The position numbers were made by a program, and so were the translations under genes. A stretch of 37,689 bases of DNA from Octopus bimaculoides (taxonomy: Eukaryota): contig NC_069009.1 of NCBI RefSeq assembly GCF_001194135.2, positions 4,124,819 to 4,162,507 on the forward strand, given 5' to 3'. The notes under the pieces were generated by a model. The model did not search any database. It had not been told where the DNA came from and saw nothing but the letters and a program-made list of their open reading frames with translations. How positions within the stretch are numbered: position 1 is the stretch's first letter; each line of letters begins with the position of its first letter. Shown one piece after another: positions 1 to 11,234 of the stretch.

Positions 1-1130
1 AGTTCTCGATCGTACTTCCGTTAGTTCGATTCCTGACGATACGTTGTGGCGTTAAGCAAGACACTTTATTTCACGTTGTCCCAGTCCACTCGGCTGGCAA
101 AAATGAGTTGTACCTGTAATTCAAAAGGGGCCAGCCTTGTCACATTCCGTGTCATGCTGAATCACCCTGATAACTACTTTGAGGTTACGTGTGCTTGTAG
201 AGGGCTCACCCACGTGTGCGTTGATTTCACGGTTAGTTTGTTCCGTTGATCGAATCAACTAGAACCATCGTAAATGTCGACGACAGTGTCAAAGAGAAAG
301 ACAGAAAGACAGAAGGAAAATAGAGAGAGAGAGAGGGGGGGAGAAGCGTGTTAGATGGAGCGATAGATCGTTGTGAAATGTTCATGCTGCCACGGATAGA
401 TCTATGTAAAATATACATCCACAGAATGGAACTAAGAAGTCTCTCATATTTTCCCTCTCAAGTTGCCCAGCTATTCTGGAAGATATTCCTGAACCAATAA
501 TGCCAGTATTTTACAACATAGTCCTGATAATTAAATCCTCACTACTAGTTTCTGTAACTAATGTTTTCGATATAAATTGTGTTTAATAATATAAATTGTG
601 TATGATTCTTCTGTAATTCATATCTTCATTGTATGTGGAAACAGTAGATGACAACTGGGGTTATATATAATATAAGGGCTAGAGTTATTTTACTTTATTT
701 TATAGAAGTTTTCTCATTGTGTTTCCAGGTTCAAGTTCTGGTAATGAAACAGACGTTGGAACAGCAGAGACGAAGACATAATTAAAAATATGAAAAACTA
801 ATCTCTTTGAGAATCTTCTTTTCTTCTTATATTACATTAAACATACTTGCATACGAGAGAACTTCGTTTTTATCTATCAATACAACTCTACGAAACTTAG
901 ACACTGTATAAACCACAATGTAATTTAAACCTTCTCATTTTTCTGTAACACATAAAATCTAACATCATATGGTTTGATTTGTAATTCTATAAATATTTTC
1001 TAACTGCTAATTTCACTTTTAATTTTCAATATAATCTTTAACTTTTATTAATGAAGAAATAAATGTGGTTTCATACTACAATCTGTTTTGTTTTTATTTG
1101 AAACATCGTAATATTCTACTCTAGGTTCAA

Positions 1131-1325
1131 GGTGGCGAGCTGGCAGAAACATTAGCATGCCGGACGAAATGCTTACAGGTATTTCGTCTGCTGTTACGTT
1201 CTGAGTTCAAATTCCGTCGAGGTCGACTTTGCCTTTCATCCTTTCGAGGTCGATAAATTAAGTACCAGTTACGCACTGAGGTCGATGTAATCAACTCAAT
1301 CCCTTTGTTTGTCCCCTTGTGGGCA
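1131..1325 (+). mobile_element. tRNA-derived SINE, family 1, copy 1
   Basis: Head GGTGGCGAGCTGGCAGAAAC (A-box-like), B-box-like GAGTTCAAATTCC and central block GTCGACTTTGCCTTTCATCCTTTCG..GTCGATAAATTAAGTACCAG. The same blocks recur immediately downstream. Confidence 0.8.
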
Positions 1326-1338
1326 GTAAAGAAATAAG

Positions 1339-1537
1339 AAACGTTGGCATCCCGGGCGAAATGCTTAGAGGTATTTCGTCTGTCTTTACGTTCTGAGTTC
1401 AAATTCCGTCGAGGTTGACTTTGCCTTTCAGCCTTTCGGGGTCGATAAATTAAGTACCAGTTGCGTAATGAGGTCGATCTAATCGACTTGCCCCTCCCCC
1501 AAAACTTCGGGCCTTTTACCTACACTAGAAAAGAATA
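1339..1537 (+). mobile_element. tRNA-derived SINE, family 1, copy 2 (tandem, head truncated)
   Basis: Direct repeat of ~1147-1300 (AGAAACGTT..GAAATGCTTA..GTATTTCGTCTG..GAGTTCAAATTCCGTCGAGG..AAGTACCAGTT) with a different 3' end. Confidence 0.75.
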
Positions 1538-2384
1538 ACACCTAGAGAGAGTACGATTCCATCAGTTACTAATTACTCCACTAAAAATGTGCAACTATAC
1601 ATGATAATTAGCTGGTTAGATTTATAATCATTTATCTAATTACAATTATCAGGTCTTTCACCTGTCAGTATCGTACTTAATGTGATAATGAACATTTTAC
1701 AAACAGCTGAATTACAATCAGAGAAGTCTAGGTATTTCTGCCTCTAACCTCCATAGCATTAACACAAACACGTGCATGCATCCTCAAAGGATTCTAGCAT
1801 TTAGTATCAAATATATTCAATAAATTATATAGCTTCGAAGTAACAGTGGATATTGATATGATTATATAAAATAAAGTGTTAAGTGATTGCTATAACACGC
1901 AGTTATATCTTCTTTCCTGTGTGGATACCTCTATTATTATTTAAGACATCTCTTTCATCAAATGATTTTTGACATTGGTACAGTAACTCTTCTGTATAAT
2001 TAGATGCATGTTTAGTTAGCTGTCTGTTTTTAAATGATATACCACAATATTGGTAACATGCCTCAGCATCATGCTTTGTCTTCTGAATGAATAGTTAAGG
2101 GACCATTTGGGAAGAATAATTTACCGCAGACAATGATATGGTGTTTTTCCTCCTGTATGAATATGTTTGTGTATAGTTACATTACTACTTGTAAAGTAGT
2201 GAAGTAAAGGAACTGGATCCGAATCCACCAAGGGAAGGTATGTCGGAAGAAAGTAATTCAACAACGCGGGTTGATGAACCGTAAGACGTGTGGCCAGAAC
2301 CTCCTGGAAAATAACCATAGCGAGGGACATTCCACAGTTGAATTAGAACAGTCACAAACAGTGAAAGAAGACATGCACCCAACA

Positions 2385-2545
2385 CCAGAGCTGAAGACAC
2401 CTCCGAAAGGGGGTGGCCCCGCCACGTCAAAACGGTAGAGGAGTAGGGGCCGAAACCGGACGTGGTTCCTCCTGATGATGTCTTGAGCTAACTGGATCCT
2501 ATAAAGGAGCTGTTGTGGTAGCAGACCACGAAACATGGTTGAAAT
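2385..2545 (+). mobile_element. Penelope-like pseudo-LTR remnant with two degenerate hammerhead-like cores
   Basis: CTGAAGA (2391) ... CGAAAC (2451) and CTGATGA (2472) ... CGAAAC (2529), the motif pair typical of Penelope terminal repeats. No RT or GIY-YIG coding sequence is seen. Confidence 0.4.
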
Positions 2546-2711
2546 TCCTCCCCACAAATATCATAGTGATATGGTCTCTCTCTCATTTGTGTGAATAGTT
2601 AAATTAGTCCTTGCTAGAATGATTTACCATAAATGTCACAGCTTTCCCCCTGTATGAGTGGATGGGCACTCTTGCCAACCTACAGTGGATGACGAGCGGC
2701 AAGAGTGAGGA

Positions 2712-3190
2712 TTGAAAGAGTGTCCCCAGAAAATAGACACGGAATGGCTGGCAGCAGTCATAATATATAATTGCAAAGATGAAACAGAAATCATCATAAA
2801 GGTAGAGAAATCCAGAGACATCAACTGGTGGGGCTTTGGATTAGAGGTTCTAATCCATGTGACCCTACCAGATTTGCACAACACTGCAGAGGAGTTGGTA
2901 CTCCCCGATGAGACCCGACTGAGAGTCGTGGTGGAGGAGAGACCACCCCGTATGTTACAATTGTAAGAGCAGAGGACACATGCAGGCAAAGTGTCCTCTA
3001 AGAGAAATAAGAGATGTACGGATGGAAGACGCAGTGGTGGAAGAGGAAAAAAAGAATGCAGCTGAGAATAAAGAGAGTTCAGAGAAGCGAACTTCAGAAC
3101 CCGAGGAAGCAGACGTTAACATTGAAAATGTAGCAAGAATGCAGAAAATTATTGAGTGGGAAGAAAGACTGGAGAAGCAGTTAGAGTATG
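2712..3190 (+). mobile_element. Non-LTR retrotransposon ORF1 (gag-like) remnant with CCHC zinc knuckle, frameshifted
   Basis: LRVVVEERPP is followed after a frameshift by CYNCKSRGHMQAKC (CX2CX4HX4C, 2953-2994) and an acidic/basic low-complexity tail. Confidence 0.6.
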
Positions 3191-3437
3191 TGGTGAGAAC
3201 TGTGTACAAACGGACACAGTCCCTATTCTCAGACGTCATTTCCGCTTCCATTGTCAGATGTCAATCAAAACAATTTCTGCGTCGAAATTACTGGATACTT
3301 TATATANNNNNNNNNNNNNNNNNNNNNNNNNNNNNNNNNNNNNNNNNNNNNNNNNNNNNNNNNNNNNNNNNNNNNNNNNNNNNNNNNNNNNNNNNNNNNN
3401 NNNNNNNNNNNNNNNNNNNNNNNNNNNNNNNNNNNNN

Positions 3438-3489
<52 letters not shown>

Positions 3490-3496
3490 ATATGTA

Positions 3497-3531
<35 letters not shown>
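3438..3531. repeat. (TA)n/(TATG) microsatellite next to assembly gap 3307-3437
   Basis: Direct reading. Confidence 0.95.
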
Positions 3532-3536
<5 letters not shown>

Positions 3537-3636
3537 CTACAAGCAAGAGAAGGTTAATTAGTAAGAAAAATTATAATTAAGAAAATAGTCATAACCGAGG
3601 GATCGAGCAAGAGTCGTCTTCCCTAGTTTAAGACTA

Positions 3637-3745
3637 ACGCATGCGCATTATAAATATATAGTGTTACTTTCCGGATTTGGCGCTTTATTTTCTTTTAATC
3701 CACTCCACGCATAGTTTATAACAATATCCTGTACTAAACAGTTGT
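3637..3745 (+). promoter_or_regulatory. Putative promoter and non-coding exon 1 of ZNF gene 1; intron 3746-4418
   Basis: CGCATGCGCA (NRF1-like), TTATAAATA, TTCCGG (ETS core), donor GTAAGT at 3746, and acceptor TTTTCCATTTTCAG ending at 4418 whose downstream sequence is homologous to the 5'UTR of gene 2. Inferred; no transcript data. Confidence 0.55.
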
Positions 3746-4069
3746 GTAAGTATTTCAGTTTAATTTGGGCTTTATTTTGTTTTGTAAAATTAATGAAAGT
3801 AAAAAGGTCTGGTTCTACTTTAGTTTTTTCTTTCATTATTGAGGCCAAAACATCCGTATTTCACCCAAAGCTATTAATGTTACTAATTAGACACCAATAT
3901 TAATTTTGTCTTATTACATTAAGAATGCATGTTTCTGTGGTAAGTTAATTTACAGTCTAGATTTAATGAACATCGTCAATGGAAAACCTTTTTATGCTGT
4001 TAGTCAGGCGATATCGACACAAACAGACATAAACATACACACTCGAACATTCATTCATATATAAAAATG

Positions 4070-4145
4070 GACTTCTTTTAGTTTCCGTCTACCAAATCCA
4101 ATCACAAGGCTTTGGTGAGCCCAGGGCTATAGAAGTTTCTTGCCT
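4070..4145 (-). mobile_element. SINE family 2 internal fragment
   Basis: TTTCCGTCTACCAAATCC.ATCACAAGGCTTTGG matches the copy at 7390-7786. Confidence 0.7.
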
Positions 4146-4727
4146 TTAAGTGCCATGGACATTTAAGCATTCTGTTTGGTTTGCTTATAATTCTGCCTGT
4201 ATGCCTTTTATATACAGACATATGTATTTACACACACACTCTCTTTTATAATATACATTCATCACGAAAATGAATGGTAACATTAGATAAGTTTTTGTAG
4301 AGGTAGATGTTTATTTCTACAGTTAATCTGTAAAGAAAATGTTGAATGTTGTATCTCTAATTATTACGTCCCCTCTATATCTCACATTGCTGTTTCCCTG
4401 TTATTTTTCCATTTTCAGATCACGTTGTCAAAATTCTTTCCATGAACATTTCTCATTTGTTAATGACTTGAAGTAACCAGTCTAAGCCTGCTTCTATGAA
4501 TCTGAGGTAAAGTTACAGTGAAAGAAGTTTCTTTCTGCTGACATTTGCAGCAACATTTTCCTTTTCACTGCTTGGAATTTTTATAAGATGATTCTGTTTT
4601 CTAATGGAGTTTGGATTACCAAGGAGCTTGCTGCACCATCTTCAAATATTAACTGAGAAAAACAGTTAATGGAAGAATAAAAGAAATACGTAAAGGATAT
4701 AATATAAAAACTTCAAGAAGCAAAAAC

Positions 4728-6674
4728 ATGATAACAAACGAATTGGGTGAGGAGACTGTTGGGTGTAAATCACAGGCTAAAAAAACAGGTGCTATTAATG
4801 AGATACTAACTGAAAGTAGTACACCACCAAACTACTGTGATATCTGTGGTAAGTCATTCTCTCGAAAAGGTAACCTTGATAAACACAAACATATTCATAC
4901 AGGAGAGAAACCATATCGGTGTGATATCTGTGGAAAAGCATTCTCTGTGGCATGTGACGTCAGTAGACACAGACGTATTCATACAGGAGAAAAGGCATAT
5001 CACTGTGATGTCTGTGGCAAATCATTCACTAACAAGTGGAGCTTAATTAATCACAAACGTGGACATTCAGGAGAAAAACCATATTGTTGTGCTATCTGTG
5101 GAAAATCATTCTCTCAAAGTTCTAATTTAGCTAGCCATAAATTTATTCACTCAGGTAAAAAACCACATCAGTGTGATATCTGTGGTAAGTCATTCTATAA
5201 AAAAGACCATGTAACTATACACAAGCGGGTTCATACAGGCGAGAAACCGTTTGACTGTGATATCTGTGGTAAATCATTTTCTAATAGTAGTAACTTGACC
5301 AAACACAAGCACCTGCATGCAGCAGAGAAACCATTTCACTGTGATACCTGTGGTAAATCATTCTCTGAAAATAAAGAATTAACTACTCACAAACATATTC
5401 ATAGAGAAGAAAAACCATTTGAATGTGAAATCTGTGGTAAAGAATTCACTGAAAAAGATACTTTCATCACTCACAAATTTAGTCATACAATAGAAAAACA
5501 ATATCAGTGTGATATCTGTGGTAGTTCATTCCCGCAAAGGAGTAAGCTCACTAAACACCAGCTTATTCATAGAGGAAAAAGACGATATCATTGTGATATC
5601 TGTGGTAAGTCATTTTCTCAAAGTGGTGCCTTAACCATTCATAAACGTGTTCATACAGGAGAGAAACCTTATCACTGTGATATATGCGGTAAGTCCTACT
5701 CTCAAAATGAAGGATTAATTTGTCACAAGCGTATTCATACAGGTGAAAGACCCTATCAGTGTGATGTATGTGATAAATCCTTCTTGCAGAGTTGTACCTT
5801 AAAGTTTCACAAATACATTCATACAGGAGAGAGACCATATCAGTGTGATATCTGTGGTCAATCATTCGCTCATTCAAACACCTTAACTACACATAAACGT
5901 ACTCACACAGGAGAGAAACCACATTGCTGTGTTATCTGTGGTAAATGTTTCGCTCGTAGTAGTAGTCTAACTGTTCATAAACGTACTCACACAGGAGAGA
6001 AGCCACATCGCTGTGTTATCTGCGGTAAATCATTCTCTGAAAGTAGAGACTTAACTTCTCATAAACGTATTCATACAGGTGAGAAGCCATTTTCCTGTAA
6101 TATCTGTGATAAATCATTCTCTCATAGATGCGCATTTGCTCGACACAAACGTTCTCATACGGGAGAAAAGCCATATAACTGTGATGTCTGTGGTAATTCG
6201 TTCTCTCAGTGTAGTCAATTAACAGTACACAGACGTCTTCATACAGGAGAGAAGCCATATCGATGTAATATCTGTGGTAAATCATTCAATCGGAGAAATG
6301 CCTTGACTGCCCACAAACGTATTCATACGGGAGAGAAACCATACAACTGTGATGTCTGTGGTAAATCATTCTCTCATAAAACTTCGTTAACTATACACAA
6401 GCATATTCATACAGGAGAGAAACCACATCAATGTAATATCTGTGGCAAATCATTTTCCGAGAAGCGTGAATTAACTAGACACAAACGTATTCATACAGGA
6501 GAAAAGCCATATCACTGCAACATCTGTGGTAATTCATTCTCTTGTACTAGCCACTTATCTAGGCACAAACGCACTCATACAGGAGAGAGGCCACATCATT
6601 GTGATACATGTAATAAATCATTCACTCGAAAATATACCTTAACTACCCACGCTTGTATTAATGTAAAAGTATAA
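4728..6674 (+). CDS. C2H2 zinc-finger protein (ZNF gene 1), 648 aa, 21 intact fingers plus 1 degenerate C-terminal finger; no KRAB/SCAN/ZAD
   Basis: Uninterrupted ORF with 28-aa periodic CX2C..HX3H units and TGEKP linkers after a 34-aa leader. Confidence 0.95.
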   Translation: MITNELGEETVGCKSQAKKTGAINEILTESSTPPNYCDICGKSFSRKGNLDKHKHIHTGEKPYRCDICGKAFSVACDVSRHRRIHTGEKAYHCDVCGKSFTNKWSLINHKRGHSGEKPYCCAICGKSFSQSSNLASHKFIHSGKKPHQCDICGKSFYKKDHVTIHKRVHTGEKPFDCDICGKSFSNSSNLTKHKHLHAAEKPFHCDTCGKSFSENKELTTHKHIHREEKPFECEICGKEFTEKDTFITHKFSHTIEKQYQCDICGSSFPQRSKLTKHQLIHRGKRRYHCDICGKSFSQSGALTIHKRVHTGEKPYHCDICGKSYSQNEGLICHKRIHTGERPYQCDVCDKSFLQSCTLKFHKYIHTGERPYQCDICGQSFAHSNTLTTHKRTHTGEKPHCCVICGKCFARSSSLTVHKRTHTGEKPHRCVICGKSFSESRDLTSHKRIHTGEKPFSCNICDKSFSHRCAFARHKRSHTGEKPYNCDVCGNSFSQCSQLTVHRRLHTGEKPYRCNICGKSFNRRNALTAHKRIHTGEKPYNCDVCGKSFSHKTSLTIHKHIHTGEKPHQCNICGKSFSEKRELTRHKRIHTGEKPYHCNICGNSFSCTSHLSRHKRTHTGERPHHCDTCNKSFTRKYTLTTHACINVKV

Positions 6675-7389
6675 CTGTATCTTGTTGTACTTGGGGACGG
6701 TCATATTGCCAGTTTAGCCAGTAAAAACACATGCACTGTATATTTGGTGTTAATTTGCTTCAACTTTATATTACATTATATTACATTAATCCTATTTCGG
6801 CCAGAGTTCTTTCGTCACACTTCTGTGACCTCATCAGTGGTCCTTTGCTTTCTTCTTTCTTATGTGTGTCTCACCTTGCTAACTATCAGCCGTTTGGTAT
6901 CCATATCAATATTCAGACCATAGATACAACCCACAGTATGTGCAGTACATGTTTGTCGTGCAAGATATCCTTATAGTGACTGGGGTAATCTAACAGTTTT
7001 GTCAAGATTGGACCAAATGCACCCCACATGAGAATGTATTAATAGCATTCCTTTATGTTGGATAAGTGCACCATGTACATTACATTTTGTCTTTGGTTCG
7101 GTCCCACAAGAGTTTTAAAAACAACAGTGTGTGTGGTTATGAACTTCACAACCAATATATTGTTATCTGGACCGTAACCCACACCACCATTCTGTTCTAC
7201 CATCTTGCGCTTTGTGGATGCTGATATTATAAAATTCAATAAAGCTGATTTCTTCAATGATTAATTTTAGATGTAACATAGTCTTTGCAGTATTTGAAAT
7301 GACCGAAACATGAACTGTAGAAGTCAAAGACTTGATCAATGTATGATTAAAGGTTGCACATTTCTTCAAACTGATCTTCATTTAACTTT

Positions 7390-7579
7390 TATCTCTTTTA
7401 CTTATTTCAGTCATTTGACTGCGGCCATGCTGGAGCACCGCCTTTAGTCGAGCATATCGACCCCGGGACTTATTCTTTGTAAGCCTAGTACTTATTCTAT
7501 TGGTCTCTTTCACTGAACCGCTAAGTGACGGGGGCATAAACACACCAGCATCGATTATCAAGTTATGATAGGGGGACAA

Positions 7580-7620
<41 letters not shown>

Positions 7621-7786
7621 TATGACGGGCTTCTTTTAGTTTCCGTCTACCAAATCCACTCACAAGGCTTTGGTCGGCCCGAGGCTATAGTAGAAGACAC
7701 TTGCCCAAGATGCCACGCAGTGGGACTGAACCAGGAACCATGTGGTTGGTAAGCAAGCTACTTACCATACAACCACTCCTGCGCCT
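7390..7786 (-). mobile_element. Full-length tRNA-derived SINE, family 2
   Basis: Reverse complement of 8718-9097: head GGCGCAGG.GTGG, internal TA/TG microsatellite, tail GTGCTCCAGCATGGCCGCAGTCAAATGACTGAAA. Confidence 0.9.
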
Positions 7787-7956
7787 AACTGTTTAACTTT
7801 TTTCATTCTAATCCACCTGAGATCACACCTACTTCTAACAATACTTACTTCCTCATTTAAAGTGTTCAGTGTTAGTCTTCCATCAAAATTTCATATAAGT
7901 TTATATACGAAACACCAGTTTAATAATTACTAAGTTATTTTACTAAAAAGAAATTG

Positions 7957-8405
7957 GAAGACAGGTAGGTGTATCAGGTAAGGATTGAAACCAGCTTGCC
8001 AATCAAGAGGAAGAGGAATCTTAATAATGATTGGGAGAAAGACAGGTAGGTGTATCAGGTAAGGATTGGAACCAGCTTGTCAGTTGAGAGGAAGAGGAGT
8101 CTTTATAGTAAATGGTTGGGAGAAAGACAGGTAGGTGTATTAGGAAAGGATTGGAACCAGCTTGCCAATCAAGAGGAAGAGGAATCTTAATAATGGTTGG
8201 GAGAAAGACAGGTAGGTGTATCAGGTAAGGATTGGAACCAGCTTGTCAGTTGAGAGGAAGAGGAGTCTTTATAGTAAATGGTTGGGAGAAAGACAGTTAG
8301 GTGTATCAGGTAAGGATTGGACACAGCTTGCCAGTTGAGAGGAAGAGCAATCATTATAGTTGATGGTTGGGTAGGTGTATCCAGTGTGGATTGGACACAG
8401 CTTAC
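7957..8405. repeat. Minisatellite of alternating 81- and 85-bp units (166-bp higher-order repeat), ~5.5 units
   Basis: GACAG anchor at 7960, 8041, 8126, 8207 and 8292; units 1 and 3 are near-identical, as are units 2 and 4. Confidence 0.9.
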
Positions 8406-8717
8406 TAAGAAGAGGAACCACATTGTAGCAAATGGTTGAAACATGATGAGTGAACATTTGATAATCACAGACAGAGTGGTCTTGCTGTTCTGACTCGGCT
8501 GTGTTAGCAATTCTCTTAATACAAGTTAAACCAGTGTCTTGTAAAAGGTTAGCAACTGATCAGTATTTTCTGGCTAAGAAAACATAAATCTGTGGGTTCT
8601 TGTAATTATGTGTAGTTTGACATCAAAAATCATCAGAAATTGTTCACAGGAATAGTTAGGAATGACATTAGTAAGCACAAGGAAAACAGATCACAAAATG
8701 TAAACAGATTATTTATA

Positions 8718-9097
8718 GGCGCAGGAGTGGCTGTGGTAAGTAGCTTGCTTACTAACCACATAGTTCCGGGTTCAGTCCCACTGTGTGGCATCTTGGGCAA
8801 ATGTCTTCTACTATAGCCTCGGGCCAACCAAAGCCTTGTGAGTGGATTTGGTAGACGGAAACTGAAAGAAGCCCGTCGTATATATATATATATATGTGTG
8901 TGTGTCTGTTTGTCCCCCTAGCATTGCTTGACAAACGATGCTGGTGTGTTTATGTCCCTGTCACTTAGTGGTTCGGCAAAAGAGACCGATAGAATAAGTA
9001 CTAGGTTTACAAAGAATAAGTCCCGGGGTCTATTTGCTCGACTAAAAGGCGGTGCTCCAGCATGGCCGCAGTCAAATGACTGAAACGAGTAAAAGAG
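8718..9097 (+). mobile_element. Full-length tRNA-derived SINE, family 2
   Basis: GGCGCAGGAGTGGCTGTGGTAAG (A box), CGGGTTCAGTCCC (B box), central microsatellite, tail ending GACTGAAACGAGTAAAAGAG. Confidence 0.9.
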
Positions 9098-10379
9098 ATT
9101 CAACTATGAAAAGTGAGAGAATCATGGTTGTCCATGTGACTCACAAATCATAGATTTGTGAGTCTGAAATTATTCCAGAAGAGTAGAAGTATAGAGGGAT
9201 TATACAACATGTGAATATAACAAGATGGATCTGCTCTCAATACCATGGAAGGTACACTGTCAGATATTCCCAAGTCACAATCATGATGAAATGGTAAAAA
9301 TGATGTGCAGAACAAAGCTTCATCTAATGGTGCAATATAATGAAGTATGTGTTATTTACAATCAGTTTCATAAACTTTGGTACAATCTGTAGTGTAGTCA
9401 GAATCTAGGATTTTCCTCCCACTCCCTGCATTTTCTTTACCATTTATTTTTTTTCCCCCGTATTTTCAATGAATATGAGCTCCAAACTAGTTGTAAACAA
9501 TTAGCTTTGTAGAAAAAGTGGGGTTGGAAAGATCATTGTAGTTTCGCATTTGGTGAAGGGGTTGGATTGCAAGCAAAGTTTCTTGATTATTGGAATAGAG
9601 TAAACCAGTAAACATTGTTTTGCTGTGTTGAACTGGTCAGAAGTGTGACAGAGTGACACTGATTTTTCTCATTCAAACAGTTTTCGAACCTGGCTTGGTT
9701 ATTTACAGCAATTCTTGGGCTGCCTACAGGAATCTAAACAGTTTAAGGTATAAACAATTTACTATAAATCATTCTGAACATTTCGTTGTCAGCACACAAA
9801 ACACTGAACGATTTCGGTGAGATTTGAATGAGTGGATTAGATGTTTGGTTAGAATATCTATACCAGTACCTGGCCAGATATTTATTGAACATTTCAGTTA
9901 AAAATAACAACAACAAAATCTGCTACACCAATTTTTATTGAGGCAGCCAACTTATATCTCCATCTACCCCACTTGCAGATCAGTAAAGTACTACAAATCC
10001 GGATACCGAATATACACAAGTCTGCGGTTTGTTAGGAGGTTAGATTAGTTGATACCACAAGAAAATGAAAAACGGAAAAAGTTCATCTTTTCTTTTGGAA
10101 AACACATTTAAAGTAGGAATGGTACATTTTTTTGTTTTTTAAACACATTCACAAGTAGGTGAACTGCTCATTATTTTACGGATATATATATATATACAAA
10201 TTAATGCCTAGTCCCCGGGCGCTAATTCATATAATTGTAATATACGATAATTTAGAAAATAGAGAAGTTTTCAGAATTTCATTGATTTTTTTTTTTAATC
10301 TGTTTTAAGTCTAAATTTTCAGAAATAACGTTTTGTTGTTTGTGTAACAGCTTCTATACAGAAATTAAATCCATTTCGT

Positions 10380-10531
10380 TTTTGTGTGTTTCCGAGTCGG
10401 TTTTTATATTTTCTGTTGTCAAATATTACTTCCGGTTTGATCACTCCATAAAATTCGCGACTCTTTTTTTGTGATTCTGGAAGGATATTTGACAGAATCG
10501 CTGTAAATACAGATTTATATACCAATAAAAG
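10380..10531 (+). promoter_or_regulatory. Putative promoter and non-coding exon 1 of ZNF gene 2; intron 10532-12979
   Basis: ACTTCCGG at 10428, strong donor AAG|GTAAGA at 10531/10532, acceptor TTATTTCAG ending at 12979. The block is homologous to 36420-36660. Confidence 0.55.
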
Positions 10532-10643
10532 GTAAGATATATACTATATTATTTACTAAAATTAAGGTGAAAATTGATAACTGGAAACTTTTAAATGTTT
10601 CTGATCGATATTCTATTTACTATCACTGATTATCTTAAATTAA

Positions 10644-10967
10644 TGGTGGAGATGGAGTATATGTAATCTGGGTATACCCCCACTTTTAAATTTTTTTTTT
10701 TTTTTACGGAATCCTATGTTTCAGACCATGGAGAATCCGATTCTGGAAANNNNNNNNNNNNNNNNNNNNNNNNNNNNNNNNNNNNNNNNNNNNNNNNNNN
10801 NNNNNNNNNNNNNNNNNNNNNNNNNNNNNNNNNNNNNNNNNNNNNNNNNNNNNNNNNNNNNNNNNNNGAATCGGAATCTCCATAGCCTAAAACGTGGGAT
10901 TCCGTAAAAAAAATTAATAAATAAGGGGGGGGGGGAGGTTCAGATTACATATAGTCCATCTCTACCA
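10644..10967. repeat. Imperfect ~100-bp inverted repeat spanning an assembly gap (foldback/MITE-like)
   Basis: 10644-10743 (TGGTGGAGATGGAGTATATGTAATCTG..TTACGGAATCC..GGAGAATCCGATTC) is the imperfect reverse complement of 10868-10967. Confidence 0.8.
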
Positions 10968-11234
10968 AATTAATAATTAGAGCGATCTTCGCTTTAAAAG
11001 TAAAATAATTCTCGTTAGTATTCGACTGATCTCAGAAATGGACCACAAAGTTTATTTCGAAATTGTCCTAGAAATTATTTGAGTGATGTTTGTGTTATGG
11101 TGATGTTTTAACCGTCTTGTTTAAAGGAAACGTGAAATCATCGTAGAAACTAAAGTCATGCATCACAATTACCACCGTGGTCATTAATTAGTAAGACGAC
11201 CACTCTTCTCTTCGCATGATCGAATGCAACAACC

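Noticed and set aside
1-420. CpG-richer start of the window with two short ORFs, possibly a promoter or first exon
   Set aside because: No recognisable domain and no homology to the other first exons could be established, so orientation and identity are unsupported.
3156-3580. ORFs running through N gaps and (TA)n (YIYIYI..), also at 10716, 21027-21537 and 31034-31394
   Set aside because: Artefacts of gaps and microsatellites.
5563-6285. Antisense and alternate-frame ORFs over the ZNF arrays (MIYHRYHSD.. type; also 13637-14428 and 32778-33719)
   Set aside because: They are shadows of the 84-bp finger periodicity and codon usage, not independent genes. They were useful only for spotting the 106-bp identity.
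7957-8405. CRISPR-like array
   Set aside because: The units are contiguous tandem copies without unique spacers, the context is eukaryotic and there are no cas genes.
9138-9164. Perfect 12-bp hairpin GACTCACAAATC-ATA-GATTTGTGAGTC
   Set aside because: Isolated and short, with no second copy or supporting context.
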